This document shows positions 18,960 through 30,044 of a DNA stretch of 64,000 nt, in pieces; the stretch's first letter is position 1; every line of letters starts with the position of its first letter. The notes beneath the pieces were generated by a model, which saw nothing but the letters and a program-made list of their open reading frames with translations, did no database searches and was not told the origin of the DNA. The position numbers and the translations under genes are program-made. The stretch covers positions 3,993 to 67,992 of IMG/VR virus record IMGVR_UViG_3300009982_000006, one strand, 5' to 3'. The stretch comes from a virus (Duplodnaviria > Caudoviricetes).

Positions 18960-20496
18960 ATGAACCGTTTTCTTCTGACCATGTATAAATATGCCCGTCT
19001 TGTTTTACAGTTCTTGGCTGACCAGCTGGTAATGGATATTTAACACTACTTTTATTACCCCCAACCGTATTTACCATTTGTTTATTAAGCTGTTTACCCG
19101 TCAATGCCCTTTTGCCTAATGCCAACTCTAATTGTTCTTGTGTTATCTGTGGGCGACTTAAAGTTTGATCGACTTCTATGTTCCCATTACTACTTTTCAG
19201 ATCGCCAACCTTTTTACCTTTAGGTATATCCGTATCCCCTTCTTCATACCTCTTATAGAATATTCTTCTAAACTTACCATCCTTATCTACTCTAACAGCA
19301 TCAGGCTCTACATTTCCAACACTTAATGCTTTGCCAAGAATTGGATCTACCGGTATGTCATATTCCTGTGAAGTTGACCCAGTTGCATATTTGTATGGTG
19401 ATGCCGGTTTTTGGTAGGCTTCATCCTTTAATTTGCCTACATAGGATGTAACCCACAAATCGTTCATATCCGGATCTTTCTCTGCATCCTTTCTCAACGC
19501 AACTAATTCCTTAGCATTCGCGTGTTTTATAGCTTGCAGTTTTAATTGGTTTGCATATTGCAAATCCATTTTAGCCTTTTCTGATGTTCTTTTCTCATAC
19601 CCAGATAATCTAGGAGTCGTATTAATAGCATTCTGCATAGCCAATAATCTCATATACTTCTCAGCATCGCTCCCCCCTCTCAAATCAATCTTTTGCGGCC
19701 CCGGCAGACCCATTTGTTCCCACTTAGATTGTGGGATAGCATTATAATCTGTCTCTATTTTTTGAACTACATCTGGCGTTAATTGCTTCCATTTATATGC
19801 AGCATCTCTTTCTGTTTTATGATCTAATGCATTAACAAGACCTTCGTATACCTGTGCTGGGGGCGTCCCATATTCATAAACTGGTGATCTGAATTGTATT
19901 CCTTGTTTATCCAGGGCCTCCTCTTTACCTACTATTTTTCTAGGTTGCCCATATACTTTATTCACTATGTCATTAAAATTTGTATTGGAGCCTTGGTATC
20001 TATACATATCCCAATTAACCAAATCAGGCGCATTTGCTAGTTCAGAAACCGGGGTGCTGTTAAGCATCGCTACTCTTTGACCATAATCATCAGCATATGC
20101 ATCAGGATTTTTAAACCGATCTGTAGTCATTGTTTTGGTCATCTCCTTTATTTCCTTACTCTGATTTATATGCTTGTTCATATCAGCAAAAGCCTGATTG
20201 GCCGCTTGTTGAGCCTGATTATACAGCATAGGATCACGCTGTAAGTCCTTATTGAAAAGTAAATTCTTTTTTAATTGCTTATACTTATTATAAGAATTAA
20301 CAACATCTGGAGTATCAACAGCGCGGATATTCGTAAAATCTTTTTGCAGCATATTATCTAATGCCTGATTCTCTTGTTGCTGCCGTAGTTGACGCTGCTG
20401 TTGTTGTACATACAATTGTTTAGCAACACTATCCAAAGAAGGAGTGTTAACAAGAAATATATCGCCATAAGGCCCAGGTATACGTTGCTCTGCCAT
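18952..20496 (-). CDS. Internal virion/ejection protein (514 aa)
   Basis: Q-rich helical N-terminus; position. Confidence 0.55.
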   Translation of the reverse strand: MAEQRIPGPYGDIFLVNTPSLDSVAKQLYVQQQQRQLRQQQENQALDNMLQKDFTNIRAVDTPDVVNSYNKYKQLKKNLLFNKDLQRDPMLYNQAQQAANQAFADMNKHINQSKEIKEMTKTMTTDRFKNPDAYADDYGQRVAMLNSTPVSELANAPDLVNWDMYRYQGSNTNFNDIVNKVYGQPRKIVGKEEALDKQGIQFRSPVYEYGTPPAQVYEGLVNALDHKTERDAAYKWKQLTPDVVQKIETDYNAIPQSKWEQMGLPGPQKIDLRGGSDAEKYMRLLAMQNAINTTPRLSGYEKRTSEKAKMDLQYANQLKLQAIKHANAKELVALRKDAEKDPDMNDLWVTSYVGKLKDEAYQKPASPYKYATGSTSQEYDIPVDPILGKALSVGNVEPDAVRVDKDGKFRRIFYKRYEEGDTDIPKGKKVGDLKSSNGNIEVDQTLSRPQITQEQLELALGKRALTGKQLNKQMVNTVGGNKSSVKYPLPAGQPRTVKQDGHIYTWSEENGSYE

Positions 20497-21194
20497 TAAT
20501 CGTAGGGATTTTCAATTGTTCCGTAATCGCTATCTGGCCCATATCCACCACTATATATTGGTTGACTAACTGGACTGCTTATATTTGTCTTCTTTTTGCC
20601 ACCAAACGCGCCGCCCAATAATAAACCAGCACCAGAAGCCGCCTTATCAATTCCACCAATTAAATTCTGATTGCCAGCACCCAGTAAAGACCTGTAATAA
20701 TTTAAATTGTCCTGATAAGGCTGCATTTTATTTATGTTAAAAGCCTTATCACGATAGCCCGCTACCTGAGAATTTATCCCATACAATTGTTGCTGATTAG
20801 CCATCCTTGCCTGAGCATCTTTCACATCTAAATTTAACTGTTGGTCGTTAGCCTGTTGTTGTAATCCCGGCAATGCCATTAATGCCCCTCTTCGGCTGCC
20901 AGCCGCCGTTAATGCCCTGCTTTGTTGCCTTTGAATATTCTGCATTGCCTGATTGTATTGCTGAGAAGGCAATCCCTCATTCGCCGCCTGTTCAGCCCTT
21001 CTTTGGTTTTGCAGTATTTCATTTGGTATGGTATATTCGGGGCGCTGAAGTTTAGCTAATTCTTTCTTAGCTTTTCTGCGCTGGAAGTAGCCTGTTACTC
21101 CCGATAACAATCCACCAGCAATATTAGCAGCGCCCTGCCCCGCTCCTCCTTGTCCCCCCATCAATGATGATATTAACAAACTTGATACTGGCAT
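20496..21194 (-). CDS. Small ejection protein (232 aa)
   Basis: Gly-rich hydrophobic ends flanking a Q/A-rich coiled coil, typical of first ejection proteins. Confidence 0.6.
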   Translation of the reverse strand: MPVSSLLISSLMGGQGGAGQGAANIAGGLLSGVTGYFQRRKAKKELAKLQRPEYTIPNEILQNQRRAEQAANEGLPSQQYNQAMQNIQRQQSRALTAAGSRRGALMALPGLQQQANDQQLNLDVKDAQARMANQQQLYGINSQVAGYRDKAFNINKMQPYQDNLNYYRSLLGAGNQNLIGGIDKAASGAGLLLGGAFGGKKKTNISSPVSQPIYSGGYGPDSDYGTIENPYD

Positions 21195-21195
21195 A

Positions 21196-21585
21196 TTATA
21201 TGCTTAATAAAGTTATTAAATGATTTTCTTCTTCTTTCTTCATTCCTATCCTTTCTAAGAAGTTGATTGCTTTTGTGTTTTTGGTAAACAAAAAACAATC
21301 AAAATGATGGCCCAATTTACTTTTTATTAAATTACCAAAGTAGGCTAAGTTGGCTTTATCCCTACATTTCTTTTTGACGCAAAATGAAATCAATAAATCG
21401 CCAGAATGAAATATATAACCAATATCATCTCTTATAAATTCGCATTTCCTTTCCTTGGCATGTTCTATTAATTTGTGGTATATATCTATTACAGCTTCAT
21501 CATGCGTTTTGACTTTACTTGTGGGGTCATAGTAGCTCAATAAATCATCGCCCTTAAAATACTCGTATATATTATTAAGTGTCAT
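21196..21585 (-). CDS. GNAT-like protein between nozzle and ejection genes
   Basis: C-terminal N-x-KAINFLERIGM motif; same position as T7 gp13-like genes; start moved to ATG 21585. Confidence 0.45.
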   Translation of the reverse strand: MTLNNIYEYFKGDDLLSYYDPTSKVKTHDEAVIDIYHKLIEHAKERKCEFIRDDIGYIFHSGDLLISFCVKKKCRDKANLAYFGNLIKSKLGHHFDCFLFTKNTKAINFLERIGMKKEEENHLITLLSI

Positions 21586-21586
21586 A

Positions 21587-24500
21587 CTATAAATTTCTTG
21601 GGTCTGGTTCGTATACAATATACGGTGAAAATAAATAATTATCTCCGGTTGTACTGCTTCGTAGTCTTACCAAAACATAGTGGCCATTTAAGAAAGCTCC
21701 TTCCCATAATGCTACACCAGCATCTGACATACTATTTACATCTCTATTAAAACTTGCGTAACGATTTGGACTTTCCAGGCTATCGTAATCCTGAACCATT
21801 ATTCTGCTTTGCTGTCTTAAGCCGGTTTGTGAGCTTACAGTATCCGTTTCTACATCCCCGGAAGTATTTGACCCCCATACTTGCAAAGACTGATAAGAAA
21901 ACGCATTATACACTTTCTTTATTACCATGTTATCATTGAATGGGAGTAAAATATTTGGCTCATATTGGACTCCAAAAAAATTATTCTTTGTAGCAGACGT
22001 TGATCGCTTCCATAATTTACCATTCTTAAACATAAACAACATGTTCTCTGCACAAATTATAGAATCGCAATCTATTGGTAAACGACCATAAAATGAATTA
22101 TACCTTTCCTCAAATGCAAAAGTTTCTCCTGCTGCACTACCCCCTTGGGCCAATAATAAATACTCTCCTACATTGTCTGGTCGAAGATTAAACGTGCCAA
22201 GAACTTTTTGAACACCCCCGTATGGATAACTAGTGGGCGCTAAATATTTAGGTAGGTTTTGAGATGCCCATGATTTTACCTTATACGTTTCACTTAAATC
22301 AGTAATACCATCTCTTGATAGCCTCCATATAACATTCTTGAATGTGTCCACACCATAAAACACATAATCGCTTTGAACGACTGCCGTTGGCTGATTCCCA
22401 ACACCTATATCCCCGTTATAGTATTGTATATTGTTTTGTGTTATTATAGAGTCCGAGGTCACTAATTGGTTGTCACCTGAATTATTGGTTATAAACCTCT
22501 GGAAAATGCCAGTATGCCCAATCTTTCGCTCCATAAAAAAGATAAGTTCGGCCCCAGCCTGGGCCATTTTTCTGATAGCTCCATACTTTCTATTTGTTTC
22601 ATCAAAATTGACGGGATAGAACCTACATGTTTGATTTATACTGGTATTTGTTTGATATGCCAAGCTCCATCTATACATATTAGGGTAATTGACCTGTGCA
22701 GCATCCGGCTCATATACCCATGCCCTGCCATTAGAATTAACTGCACTTGCGAAGAAATCAGAGAAATTTCTGTCTATCATCTGTTGCGGTATAATTCTAC
22801 TAATAGTGTATGTTATATTAGTTGAAATGAAAGTAGCGTCCCTTGCAGATGATGTTTTAGATATTAAAAACAATCTATCATCCTCTAAAGTAATATTCAA
22901 ATCTACTGTCCATGTATACACTCCGGCGGCAGAAGTATCTATAGAATTAACAATATACGTTTTTTCATCGTATCTGTTTTGAAGGTAAACACTTGTTGTA
23001 GCGCCAGCTTGGGCAGTTTTATAATTAATAACTATTGTTCCCCTGACTCTAAAATCAGTAACATTTATTGCCTGAATATGCCATCTGGTATCCGTAAATG
23101 GGTCAAATACTGGCTGACCAACAAATGCTATGCTTTTAGTTGTAATATTAGAATCGCTATAAGTTTGGCTTATAAAATTAATACCCATTAAAATAACAGA
23201 AGCTCCAGTGATTGTTGCATCCGGTATAGTAAACAAAAACTCATTTCCAGTTTCTACGCTCCTGCTCTTTATATAAAAGTCACCATTTATAAATGTGAAC
23301 GTCGCTGGTGTAGTCGTATTAGGTATTTGATTTTGGGTCATCCCCTGATGAAAGCGATTAGATGTTCCCGGATTCCCTATAGCATATCTTTCACCATATT
23401 CATAGTACACATCAAGCCCATTAGCAACAGATTGCGCCGGGGTATATAATTCTATAAAATAATTATTAAATCCTTCTCCGAAATCAAATGTACCATCTGT
23501 AGCTGGTAAAATTATTTTTATGAATTGGCCAGTTCTTACTTGTCCATTTATTGTAGGATCAATAACAGATGCTATTATTTCAAAGTCCTTTGCATTCCCA
23601 TATAGATTAGCAGTGCTATTATCTGAATTAAATCTTTTAAAAAATGTAATCCTATCTCCGCTGGTAAAGGAATATCCCAATGGTGTTCCTTGGTTCTGTC
23701 TTATCCATGCGTTTAGAGATTCAATGCTTATATATGCGTACTTCGTTATACCTGTTGTGGCTAAGTTATCTTTATAAGTTCGGTCACTTATCCATTGCTG
23801 AAACGCTGACTTTTTTAAATCCTTAGTACGAACCCAATGATAATAATATGCCCATGATGGCGGAGTATGATATATTGATGCAGTGAAAGATGGTTTCTGA
23901 GCAAACCCGGCAGATTCATCATAAGAAGATGAATTTACAGAAAACCCGCGAGTATAAACCGCGCCATTTGTTCTGCCTTTCGGATCCAAATAAACCAATC
24001 CCCATCCGTGTGATCCTAACCAATCATATGCATATAATGAAGAATTAAATAGGCTCACATATGCATAATCTGAAGTTATAATCGTTCTTGCCAATGATAT
24101 ATTGGCCTTTTCAACTATCAGATCATTATCACCTACACTTATTATTGTATATCCTTTTGATAACGCATCCACTCGTAATCCTTCAATAATAGCAGGAGCG
24201 TCATCCCCATTAGAAAGTGTATATGATATGTTACTACCATCTGTCATATAGATAGTATATGTATCTAATGGAGATGTTATGGACACAATAAGACCACGAA
24301 CGACAATATGAATATTACCTGTTCCAAATCCACTATTCCCACTTTGTGACGCGACTAATTTACTGTATGTATTACCGTAGTAACTGGGAACTTGTGTAGG
24401 GGATATGTTACTCGTTTGCCCATCAAAAGAAAAATCTGTTAAATTCGGATACCCTTCTGTTATATTACCATAAGAAATGACATTGCCGTTTAAAGTAGTT

Positions 24501-25465
24501 TCAGATTGTGTAGTAATTGGTACATAATCCTGCAACTGAATACTCTCTTCTACGTCAATATAATTATACGCTTTGTCGTTATAAAATAGATACGTTGCAA
24601 TATCGTTATCTCCAATGTTACTTACCGCCTTATCTATTGATTCAATCAAAAAGAAATCACCCATCACATTACCTAAACTAACGGCACCTAATATTTCTAT
24701 TTTTTTTACATTTGAAGCCCCTGTTTGATAGACGATTGCAAGCCTACAATTAGCAGCAGGATTTGAATCATACGCCTGCTCGAATGAGTTCCAGGGTAGC
24801 GCCATTTCGCATTGAGAAGATGTAACAGCCTTATCTTGGTCATCAAATACCCACCTTATTTTAAATCTAAACAGCTTCTTCCTTAAATTATTTACAGTAT
24901 TTGCGGCATCATACTCATATACAACTATTGGAGGGATTGGAGCAGGCTCTTTAGCTACATCTAAGAATGAGCGCTGTATAGTGCCATATCCGCCAGACAA
25001 AGCCCTGTTTATGTTAATTTTTGAAGGGCGGCCCAAAGAATCAACAAATAGCAATAAATCTCCTAATGTACTATCGCCATAAATAATATCAATATTTGTG
25101 TGACTTTCTGCTGTAAATTCTAATGGATCGCCTGTAGTATTTATACCTACTTCTACTAATCGTTGAAAAGTATTAGATAATCTATTGTAAACATAGATAC
25201 CATGATTGCCTAATGAATTATAATTAAAGAAAAATATTCTATTATTTATTGCATCATACTTCTGACAGATTGTTTTATTTGTTCCGGTAGCGGGTAATAA
25301 ACTGTTTACTATTTCTTCATTACTACTCAAAACCCTAAATCTCCTGTTAGGAGGTGTGCCTTCTGGATAAACTCCAGTAGCATCCCGATGAAACCCTTTT
25401 CCTAAAACCTCTATAGGATCATCCAGGTTCAACGCGCCAATAAGTTGTTTTATTTCTGTAGGCAT
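21587..25465 (-). CDS. Tail nozzle/muzzle (stabilisation) protein
   Basis: 1292 aa, beta-rich; propeller-like C-terminus (FYGVDTFKNVIWRLSRDGITDLS); follows the ring-like genes. Confidence 0.7.
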   Translation of the reverse strand: MPTEIKQLIGALNLDDPIEVLGKGFHRDATGVYPEGTPPNRRFRVLSSNEEIVNSLLPATGTNKTICQKYDAINNRIFFFNYNSLGNHGIYVYNRLSNTFQRLVEVGINTTGDPLEFTAESHTNIDIIYGDSTLGDLLLFVDSLGRPSKININRALSGGYGTIQRSFLDVAKEPAPIPPIVVYEYDAANTVNNLRKKLFRFKIRWVFDDQDKAVTSSQCEMALPWNSFEQAYDSNPAANCRLAIVYQTGASNVKKIEILGAVSLGNVMGDFFLIESIDKAVSNIGDNDIATYLFYNDKAYNYIDVEESIQLQDYVPITTQSETTLNGNVISYGNITEGYPNLTDFSFDGQTSNISPTQVPSYYGNTYSKLVASQSGNSGFGTGNIHIVVRGLIVSITSPLDTYTIYMTDGSNISYTLSNGDDAPAIIEGLRVDALSKGYTIISVGDNDLIVEKANISLARTIITSDYAYVSLFNSSLYAYDWLGSHGWGLVYLDPKGRTNGAVYTRGFSVNSSSYDESAGFAQKPSFTASIYHTPPSWAYYYHWVRTKDLKKSAFQQWISDRTYKDNLATTGITKYAYISIESLNAWIRQNQGTPLGYSFTSGDRITFFKRFNSDNSTANLYGNAKDFEIIASVIDPTINGQVRTGQFIKIILPATDGTFDFGEGFNNYFIELYTPAQSVANGLDVYYEYGERYAIGNPGTSNRFHQGMTQNQIPNTTTPATFTFINGDFYIKSRSVETGNEFLFTIPDATITGASVILMGINFISQTYSDSNITTKSIAFVGQPVFDPFTDTRWHIQAINVTDFRVRGTIVINYKTAQAGATTSVYLQNRYDEKTYIVNSIDTSAAGVYTWTVDLNITLEDDRLFLISKTSSARDATFISTNITYTISRIIPQQMIDRNFSDFFASAVNSNGRAWVYEPDAAQVNYPNMYRWSLAYQTNTSINQTCRFYPVNFDETNRKYGAIRKMAQAGAELIFFMERKIGHTGIFQRFITNNSGDNQLVTSDSIITQNNIQYYNGDIGVGNQPTAVVQSDYVFYGVDTFKNVIWRLSRDGITDLSETYKVKSWASQNLPKYLAPTSYPYGGVQKVLGTFNLRPDNVGEYLLLAQGGSAAGETFAFEERYNSFYGRLPIDCDSIICAENMLFMFKNGKLWKRSTSATKNNFFGVQYEPNILLPFNDNMVIKKVYNAFSYQSLQVWGSNTSGDVETDTVSSQTGLRQQSRIMVQDYDSLESPNRYASFNRDVNSMSDAGVALWEGAFLNGHYVLVRLRSSTTGDNYLFSPYIVYEPDPRNL

Positions 25466-25467
25466 AC

Positions 25468-26202
25468 TTATGATCTTAACTTCATTCCGTTTGGTTCTCT
25501 CAATACATGATTGATTGTCTGTAGTGTAACCTTCTTACCCGGCATTCTTCTTTGCGCCTCTATTTTTCTTGCATAATAGTTTTGATCTGTATTCAACTTC
25601 TGTTTCCATTCAATAAAAGCAATAACGGCCTCCTGAAGTTGTATTTCTACACAATAATCGCCATCCATTTGAGGAGAGCTTATATATTCTAAGATAATGC
25701 TATCATATAAAAAGTCTGGCTCCAAAACAATCACCTTGTTCTTTTCATCTACACGGCAAGACCCGTATTGAATTAAGCCACCTCCAACACCAAATAAATT
25801 ATAATAAAGACCGTTGTCATAATAATTAAAAAAGAAAGGGAACCCAAGAATTAACGGCAACCCGCTCTGAACATCCGGCGTGATTTGACTTAACCTATTC
25901 GGATTTGTATCCCTATACAGGGTTAATGCATTATTCACCCTCAACGTACTCACTTCTCCCACATTATTAAGAACACCTATTTTAGACCACCCTATATAAT
26001 CAGATGGCAGTGTTACCGTTTGGTTTGCATTCTTAGGGATACGTACTGTTTTAGGTTCCCATGAAATATCAAGGCCCAAGTCCACAAGACCCCTGAAAGC
26101 CATAATCCATGATCTATCAAAATCATCATTGCTTTTCTTGTATTGGTCAAGAAAATACGACACCACAGTTTTAAGAGGAATATATTTTTCTGCGCCTACC
26201 AT
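25468..26202 (-). CDS. Head-tail adaptor/ring-like protein
   Basis: 244 aa, helix-beta-helix layout; position. Confidence 0.55.
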   Translation of the reverse strand: MVGAEKYIPLKTVVSYFLDQYKKSNDDFDRSWIMAFRGLVDLGLDISWEPKTVRIPKNANQTVTLPSDYIGWSKIGVLNNVGEVSTLRVNNALTLYRDTNPNRLSQITPDVQSGLPLILGFPFFFNYYDNGLYYNLFGVGGGLIQYGSCRVDEKNKVIVLEPDFLYDSIILEYISSPQMDGDYCVEIQLQEAVIAFIEWKQKLNTDQNYYARKIEAQRRMPGKKVTLQTINHVLREPNGMKLRS

Positions 26203-26208
26203 TAATTA

Positions 26209-26874
26209 TTATTTTTGAGTTGTATTGCCGCCCCCAATCTGATCATCAATAATATCCTTCGGCATCTTGTATCGTTGCACTAATTTATTATACGCCCCGT
26301 TATACACCAATTCAATCATATCATCAGGCATATTTAATTCTTCAGTCATGCTCTCTGTTCTAGTTTTTATCATTTGCACATATACAGTTAGGTTAGATAA
26401 TGGCGACCCATCATTTGCTGTCACTATTAATTTTGTCCCATTATCTACTCTGTATTCAGCACCTGCCGGACGTGGCATATTTCTTCTATATGAAGCTCTT
26501 TTAGCTGAGATAGGCAATATATCCTGGCTAACACCAAATTGTGTGGCCGCAAAATAACACCTTGGAATACTATATCCTAAAGCAAGTGAAACTGGCGGCT
26601 GCGGCAATGTAGTATACCATTCGCTTGTCACAGCATCCTGAACAAGCGCTGGTAATTCATATGTATGAAGCACTCCTTCAGGAACTTCCATTGCCCCTGT
26701 TATCTTTGAGCCATTCCATATTTGCCCAACTATATTAAAGGCCAACGCCTGATCAATATGAAGCAAAACCTCTTTCTCTGAAATAGAAAATTCTGAATCA
26801 GGGAAATCATTCGCCAAATCCTGACGGATTCTCTGAACTAACAATTTCTTCGTGTATGGTATTAATGACGCCAT
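26209..26874 (-). CDS. Head-tail adaptor/ring-like protein
   Basis: 221 aa, similar layout; position. Confidence 0.55.
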   Translation of the reverse strand: MASLIPYTKKLLVQRIRQDLANDFPDSEFSISEKEVLLHIDQALAFNIVGQIWNGSKITGAMEVPEGVLHTYELPALVQDAVTSEWYTTLPQPPVSLALGYSIPRCYFAATQFGVSQDILPISAKRASYRRNMPRPAGAEYRVDNGTKLIVTANDGSPLSNLTVYVQMIKTRTESMTEELNMPDDMIELVYNGAYNKLVQRYKMPKDIIDDQIGGGNTTQK

Positions 26875-26882
26875 TATTTATA

Positions 26883-27557
26883 TTAGTTTCCTGACTGAAT
26901 TACACTGTTACCATATTGGGCCATGTCCCCATTTTTATAGCTCACCCCAAACTTCTTTAATGTTCGTTCTGTAATCTCTATTATTTCTTCCTGATTCCAC
27001 TGCGGCTGCACACTCGCGCCAGCATCATAGACCTGACGCCCGGAGCCATCAAGACTATAAGCCCAGTTTACATCTGTCGGGACTCCTAAGTAATCAATAT
27101 CAGCACTTGTCACTGTAGTTGGGAAGAATTTATATTGAGAACCATAAGGCGTATAATAATAACAATTATTAGCTACGCTAGGAGGGTCAATTACATTATC
27201 ATTGACAGTTGCAATCTGGTTTTTATTGATATGCTTTACATCATACCCCCCTATCCTAAATGCAAGTAAATACGAAAAATCGGTTGGTCGCGTTCCAAGT
27301 CCTGCCGCAATAGCAATAGTTGTTGTTTTTATAAAAGGGGATAATTTTAATTCTATTCTTTCATTCTCTATAAGACCAGTATTAATCCCTTCTTTGCCAT
27401 TGTTTCTTGCCTGAAATCTCCCTTTTAAATCCTGAAATAAATCCATCTGCTCACTGTTCCATGCATAAAAGAACTCGGTAGAAGATATAGATCCGCTTTG
27501 GTTTTTACGAACCAAAAATCTCATATACCCATATATCGTATTAACATCCCAAGCCAT
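26883..27557 (-). CDS. Head-tail adaptor/ring-like protein
   Basis: MAWDVNTIY...; start moved to ATG 27557, downstream of the terminator hairpin. Confidence 0.55.
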   Translation of the reverse strand: MAWDVNTIYGYMRFLVRKNQSGSISSTEFFYAWNSEQMDLFQDLKGRFQARNNGKEGINTGLIENERIELKLSPFIKTTTIAIAAGLGTRPTDFSYLLAFRIGGYDVKHINKNQIATVNDNVIDPPSVANNCYYYTPYGSQYKFFPTTVTSADIDYLGVPTDVNWAYSLDGSGRQVYDAGASVQPQWNQEEIIEITERTLKKFGVSYKNGDMAQYGNSVIQSGN

Positions 27558-27559
27558 GT

Positions 27560-27594
27560 AAAAAAAATAAAAGCCCATCTATCAAGATAGGCTT
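27560..27594 (-). terminator. Intrinsic terminator
   Basis: AAGCCTATCT-TGAT-AGATGGGCTT followed by TTATTTTTTTT on the - strand. Confidence 0.7.
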
Positions 27595-27619
27595 AGTTTA
27601 TAAAAGAGTATTTGAATAC

Positions 27620-28540
27620 TTATTTATTTAAAGCCTCTAATTTACCTTTAAATTCAGCACCTGGTTCAGTTTGAGCAAACTCAATAATTTTATTCAGTAT
27701 ACCTTCTTTGGTCTGAATACCGGAATAATCACAGATTACTTCTCCTGTTTTTGCCCATACTGCCCTGTTAGGAACTATAGTTGTACTGATTTCTCCTTTG
27801 GCTAAACTATTTTCTACCCAAACTTTTATATGTAAACTTTCGTCTGAGTATGTTCGAATAAAGTGTTCTGGCATATGCATAGCAGCCTTTCTATATTCTA
27901 CTCGAATAGCCTCGTCGCTTAATGGTTGCATAGTTTGCAAATCAACATCGGCAATATCAAGGAATCTAGCGTGAACCCGCATACGCTTAACGGTAGCAGT
28001 CTTTGCAAGAGACAGCGCCTTTTCAACCTCATCCATTTGGGCCGCTTCTGCCTTACGCATTCTATCGGTATCAAGCAGTTTAAATACGGCATCCACTCTG
28101 GTTATTCGATAAGGGCTTTCTTCATTCCATGAACACCAATCAAGATAATTTTTAAGGATAGTCTCATATCCATATACCTCTAAAAATCCTTTAATGAAAT
28201 GCAGTTCCCTGGTGGCAGCTACTAATTGATTAATAGTCTCTGTGTCTTTAGGTTGGTCGTCTACAAATAAGGTAGTACAGCTATCATAATACCTTATAAA
28301 ATATTTACCTGCTGGTCTTTGCTTTTTAGAAAACGGGTCGGTGCCGCCTGGCCACGCAATTGAACTACGCAAGAGTAAATTCCTTCTTGCAGGGTATTCT
28401 GGGTCTTTTATAGGGTTGCCGTCTGCATCATAAACACGCCCGCGAACATCATTTTTCAATGAAAGAACGTACACGAATTTCGTATTCAGCTCTGCCAAAA
28501 CAGTTTCCTGATCTTTAACTAAAGTTTCATTTTTAGACAT
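27620..28540 (-). CDS. Virion-module protein directly downstream of the MCP (306 aa)
   Basis: ORF track and position; function unknown. Confidence 0.65.
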   Translation of the reverse strand: MSKNETLVKDQETVLAELNTKFVYVLSLKNDVRGRVYDADGNPIKDPEYPARRNLLLRSSIAWPGGTDPFSKKQRPAGKYFIRYYDSCTTLFVDDQPKDTETINQLVAATRELHFIKGFLEVYGYETILKNYLDWCSWNEESPYRITRVDAVFKLLDTDRMRKAEAAQMDEVEKALSLAKTATVKRMRVHARFLDIADVDLQTMQPLSDEAIRVEYRKAAMHMPEHFIRTYSDESLHIKVWVENSLAKGEISTTIVPNRAVWAKTGEVICDYSGIQTKEGILNKIIEFAQTEPGAEFKGKLEALNK

Positions 28541-28554
28541 ATATGAAAATTAAG

Positions 28555-28583
28555 AAGCACCCGATCAAACTAATCGGGTGCTT
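28555..28583 (-). terminator. Intrinsic terminator after the major capsid gene
   Basis: 11-bp stem AAGCACCCGAT/ATCGGGTGCTT, followed by CTTAATTTT on the - strand. Confidence 0.75.
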
Positions 28584-28590
28584 GTATATT

Positions 28591-30009
28591 TTACTGATCC
28601 TTGCCTTGCAGGATACCAAACTGTTCAGCACATACTACCCTTGAACCAACATAACAAATTTGTTCATATTTGTTGCTGGCCTCAGTAGTTTTGGTTGCCT
28701 TAGTATAACCTAATTCCCAGCTATATATTTTCATACCAGCCGGTAAATCAGGTTGGCGTTGATATACCCATTGTAAGAACGGACGGGCCACATTCAGTTT
28801 AGCGTCCTGTACCTCTCCTTGAGGGCAAGCCATACCAAATCCTTTTCTATAATCACCTTGCGTTGGTTGATAACCAAACACAGCAGGTGCAGAAAAGCCT
28901 TTGTAACGGTGGAAGTGGAAAGAATAGGTATCGGTAGAGAATGATTTAAATCCATAAGCCACGGCAGCTTCTGAACCAAAACCTACACTACCATATGAAA
29001 TCATTCCATTAGGATATTTACCAAACAGCAGGTTGTTTATATCCTGGCGTTGGCTTAATTCCTGAATCATGTGATACTCGGCTGGGCCACCATTATAATC
29101 CAACACCTTAGTCAAATTCTGGAAGTCAGGTATTGTAAAATTGAAATTGATATAGTCAATCTCTGTACCGCGAGAAACCACTTCAGGGATACAACCTATT
29201 GTACCTACTGTACCCTGAGTATTTATATTTGAGTATGGAACGCCTTCCAGAACGGCATCTTCAATTGATACCATCATCTGCATATTCATAGCTTTTACAG
29301 CCAGATATGGCAGATAGTTATTGCCTTCGCCGAAATCAATCTGCGTTTTATTCATGCTGGCTAAGTCACTGGACTTAACAGAAGCACGTAAAACGGTAGC
29401 AGTATTATCATAGCGATACAACTTTGGTTGTTGCGTACCCTGAGAGTCTGAGCTTTCGCCAGCTAACTGATTACCGAATGTTTCAAGACCTTCGCCTGCA
29501 TTCAAAGTAGTACCAGTAGATCCGGTTATCAGCGCATAGTTGCCAAGAGGCACTAAATCTGCTGTAAAAGCTCCCGCTACAGTTCTATTAATGTTCTGGA
29601 TACGGGCCTTTCTACCATTTGAACGAATCTTCACAGTTTGGAGATTCAGGAATGGCGACTGAGTACCAGCAGCATTATTATACGATTCCGGGGATTTGAA
29701 TGTAATAGAAATAGTAGAGCCAGATGTAACGCCGTTAACGGCAGTTGCAACCAACCCAACACCAAACAAACGGCCACGCTCAAAGTGAGAGTAGGTATTT
29801 GTGGTAGTGGTTTGTTCTTCAACTGTAGATCGACCAAGCATTTCAGAAACCAGCATATAGCTGTCGTTTCCGTACTTAGCCATTAATTTTGGAATATAAT
29901 CGGGGATAACAAAGTTGAGTTCATTGAAAATACCGGTGTCCAATCCACTAGGATAGGCCACGGTTCCGGGTGCGCCAGTTGCACCCCTTACTATACCAGG
30001 TACTGCCAT
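28591..30009 (-). CDS. Major capsid protein (HK97 fold inferred)
   Basis: 472 aa; follows the scaffold-like gene; followed by a strong terminator. Confidence 0.75.
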   Translation of the reverse strand: MAVPGIVRGATGAPGTVAYPSGLDTGIFNELNFVIPDYIPKLMAKYGNDSYMLVSEMLGRSTVEEQTTTTNTYSHFERGRLFGVGLVATAVNGVTSGSTISITFKSPESYNNAAGTQSPFLNLQTVKIRSNGRKARIQNINRTVAGAFTADLVPLGNYALITGSTGTTLNAGEGLETFGNQLAGESSDSQGTQQPKLYRYDNTATVLRASVKSSDLASMNKTQIDFGEGNNYLPYLAVKAMNMQMMVSIEDAVLEGVPYSNINTQGTVGTIGCIPEVVSRGTEIDYINFNFTIPDFQNLTKVLDYNGGPAEYHMIQELSQRQDINNLLFGKYPNGMISYGSVGFGSEAAVAYGFKSFSTDTYSFHFHRYKGFSAPAVFGYQPTQGDYRKGFGMACPQGEVQDAKLNVARPFLQWVYQRQPDLPAGMKIYSWELGYTKATKTTEASNKYEQICYVGSRVVCAEQFGILQGKDQ

Positions 30010-30044
30010 TTTTTGTAGATTTTAATTGTTATTAAACAATCAAA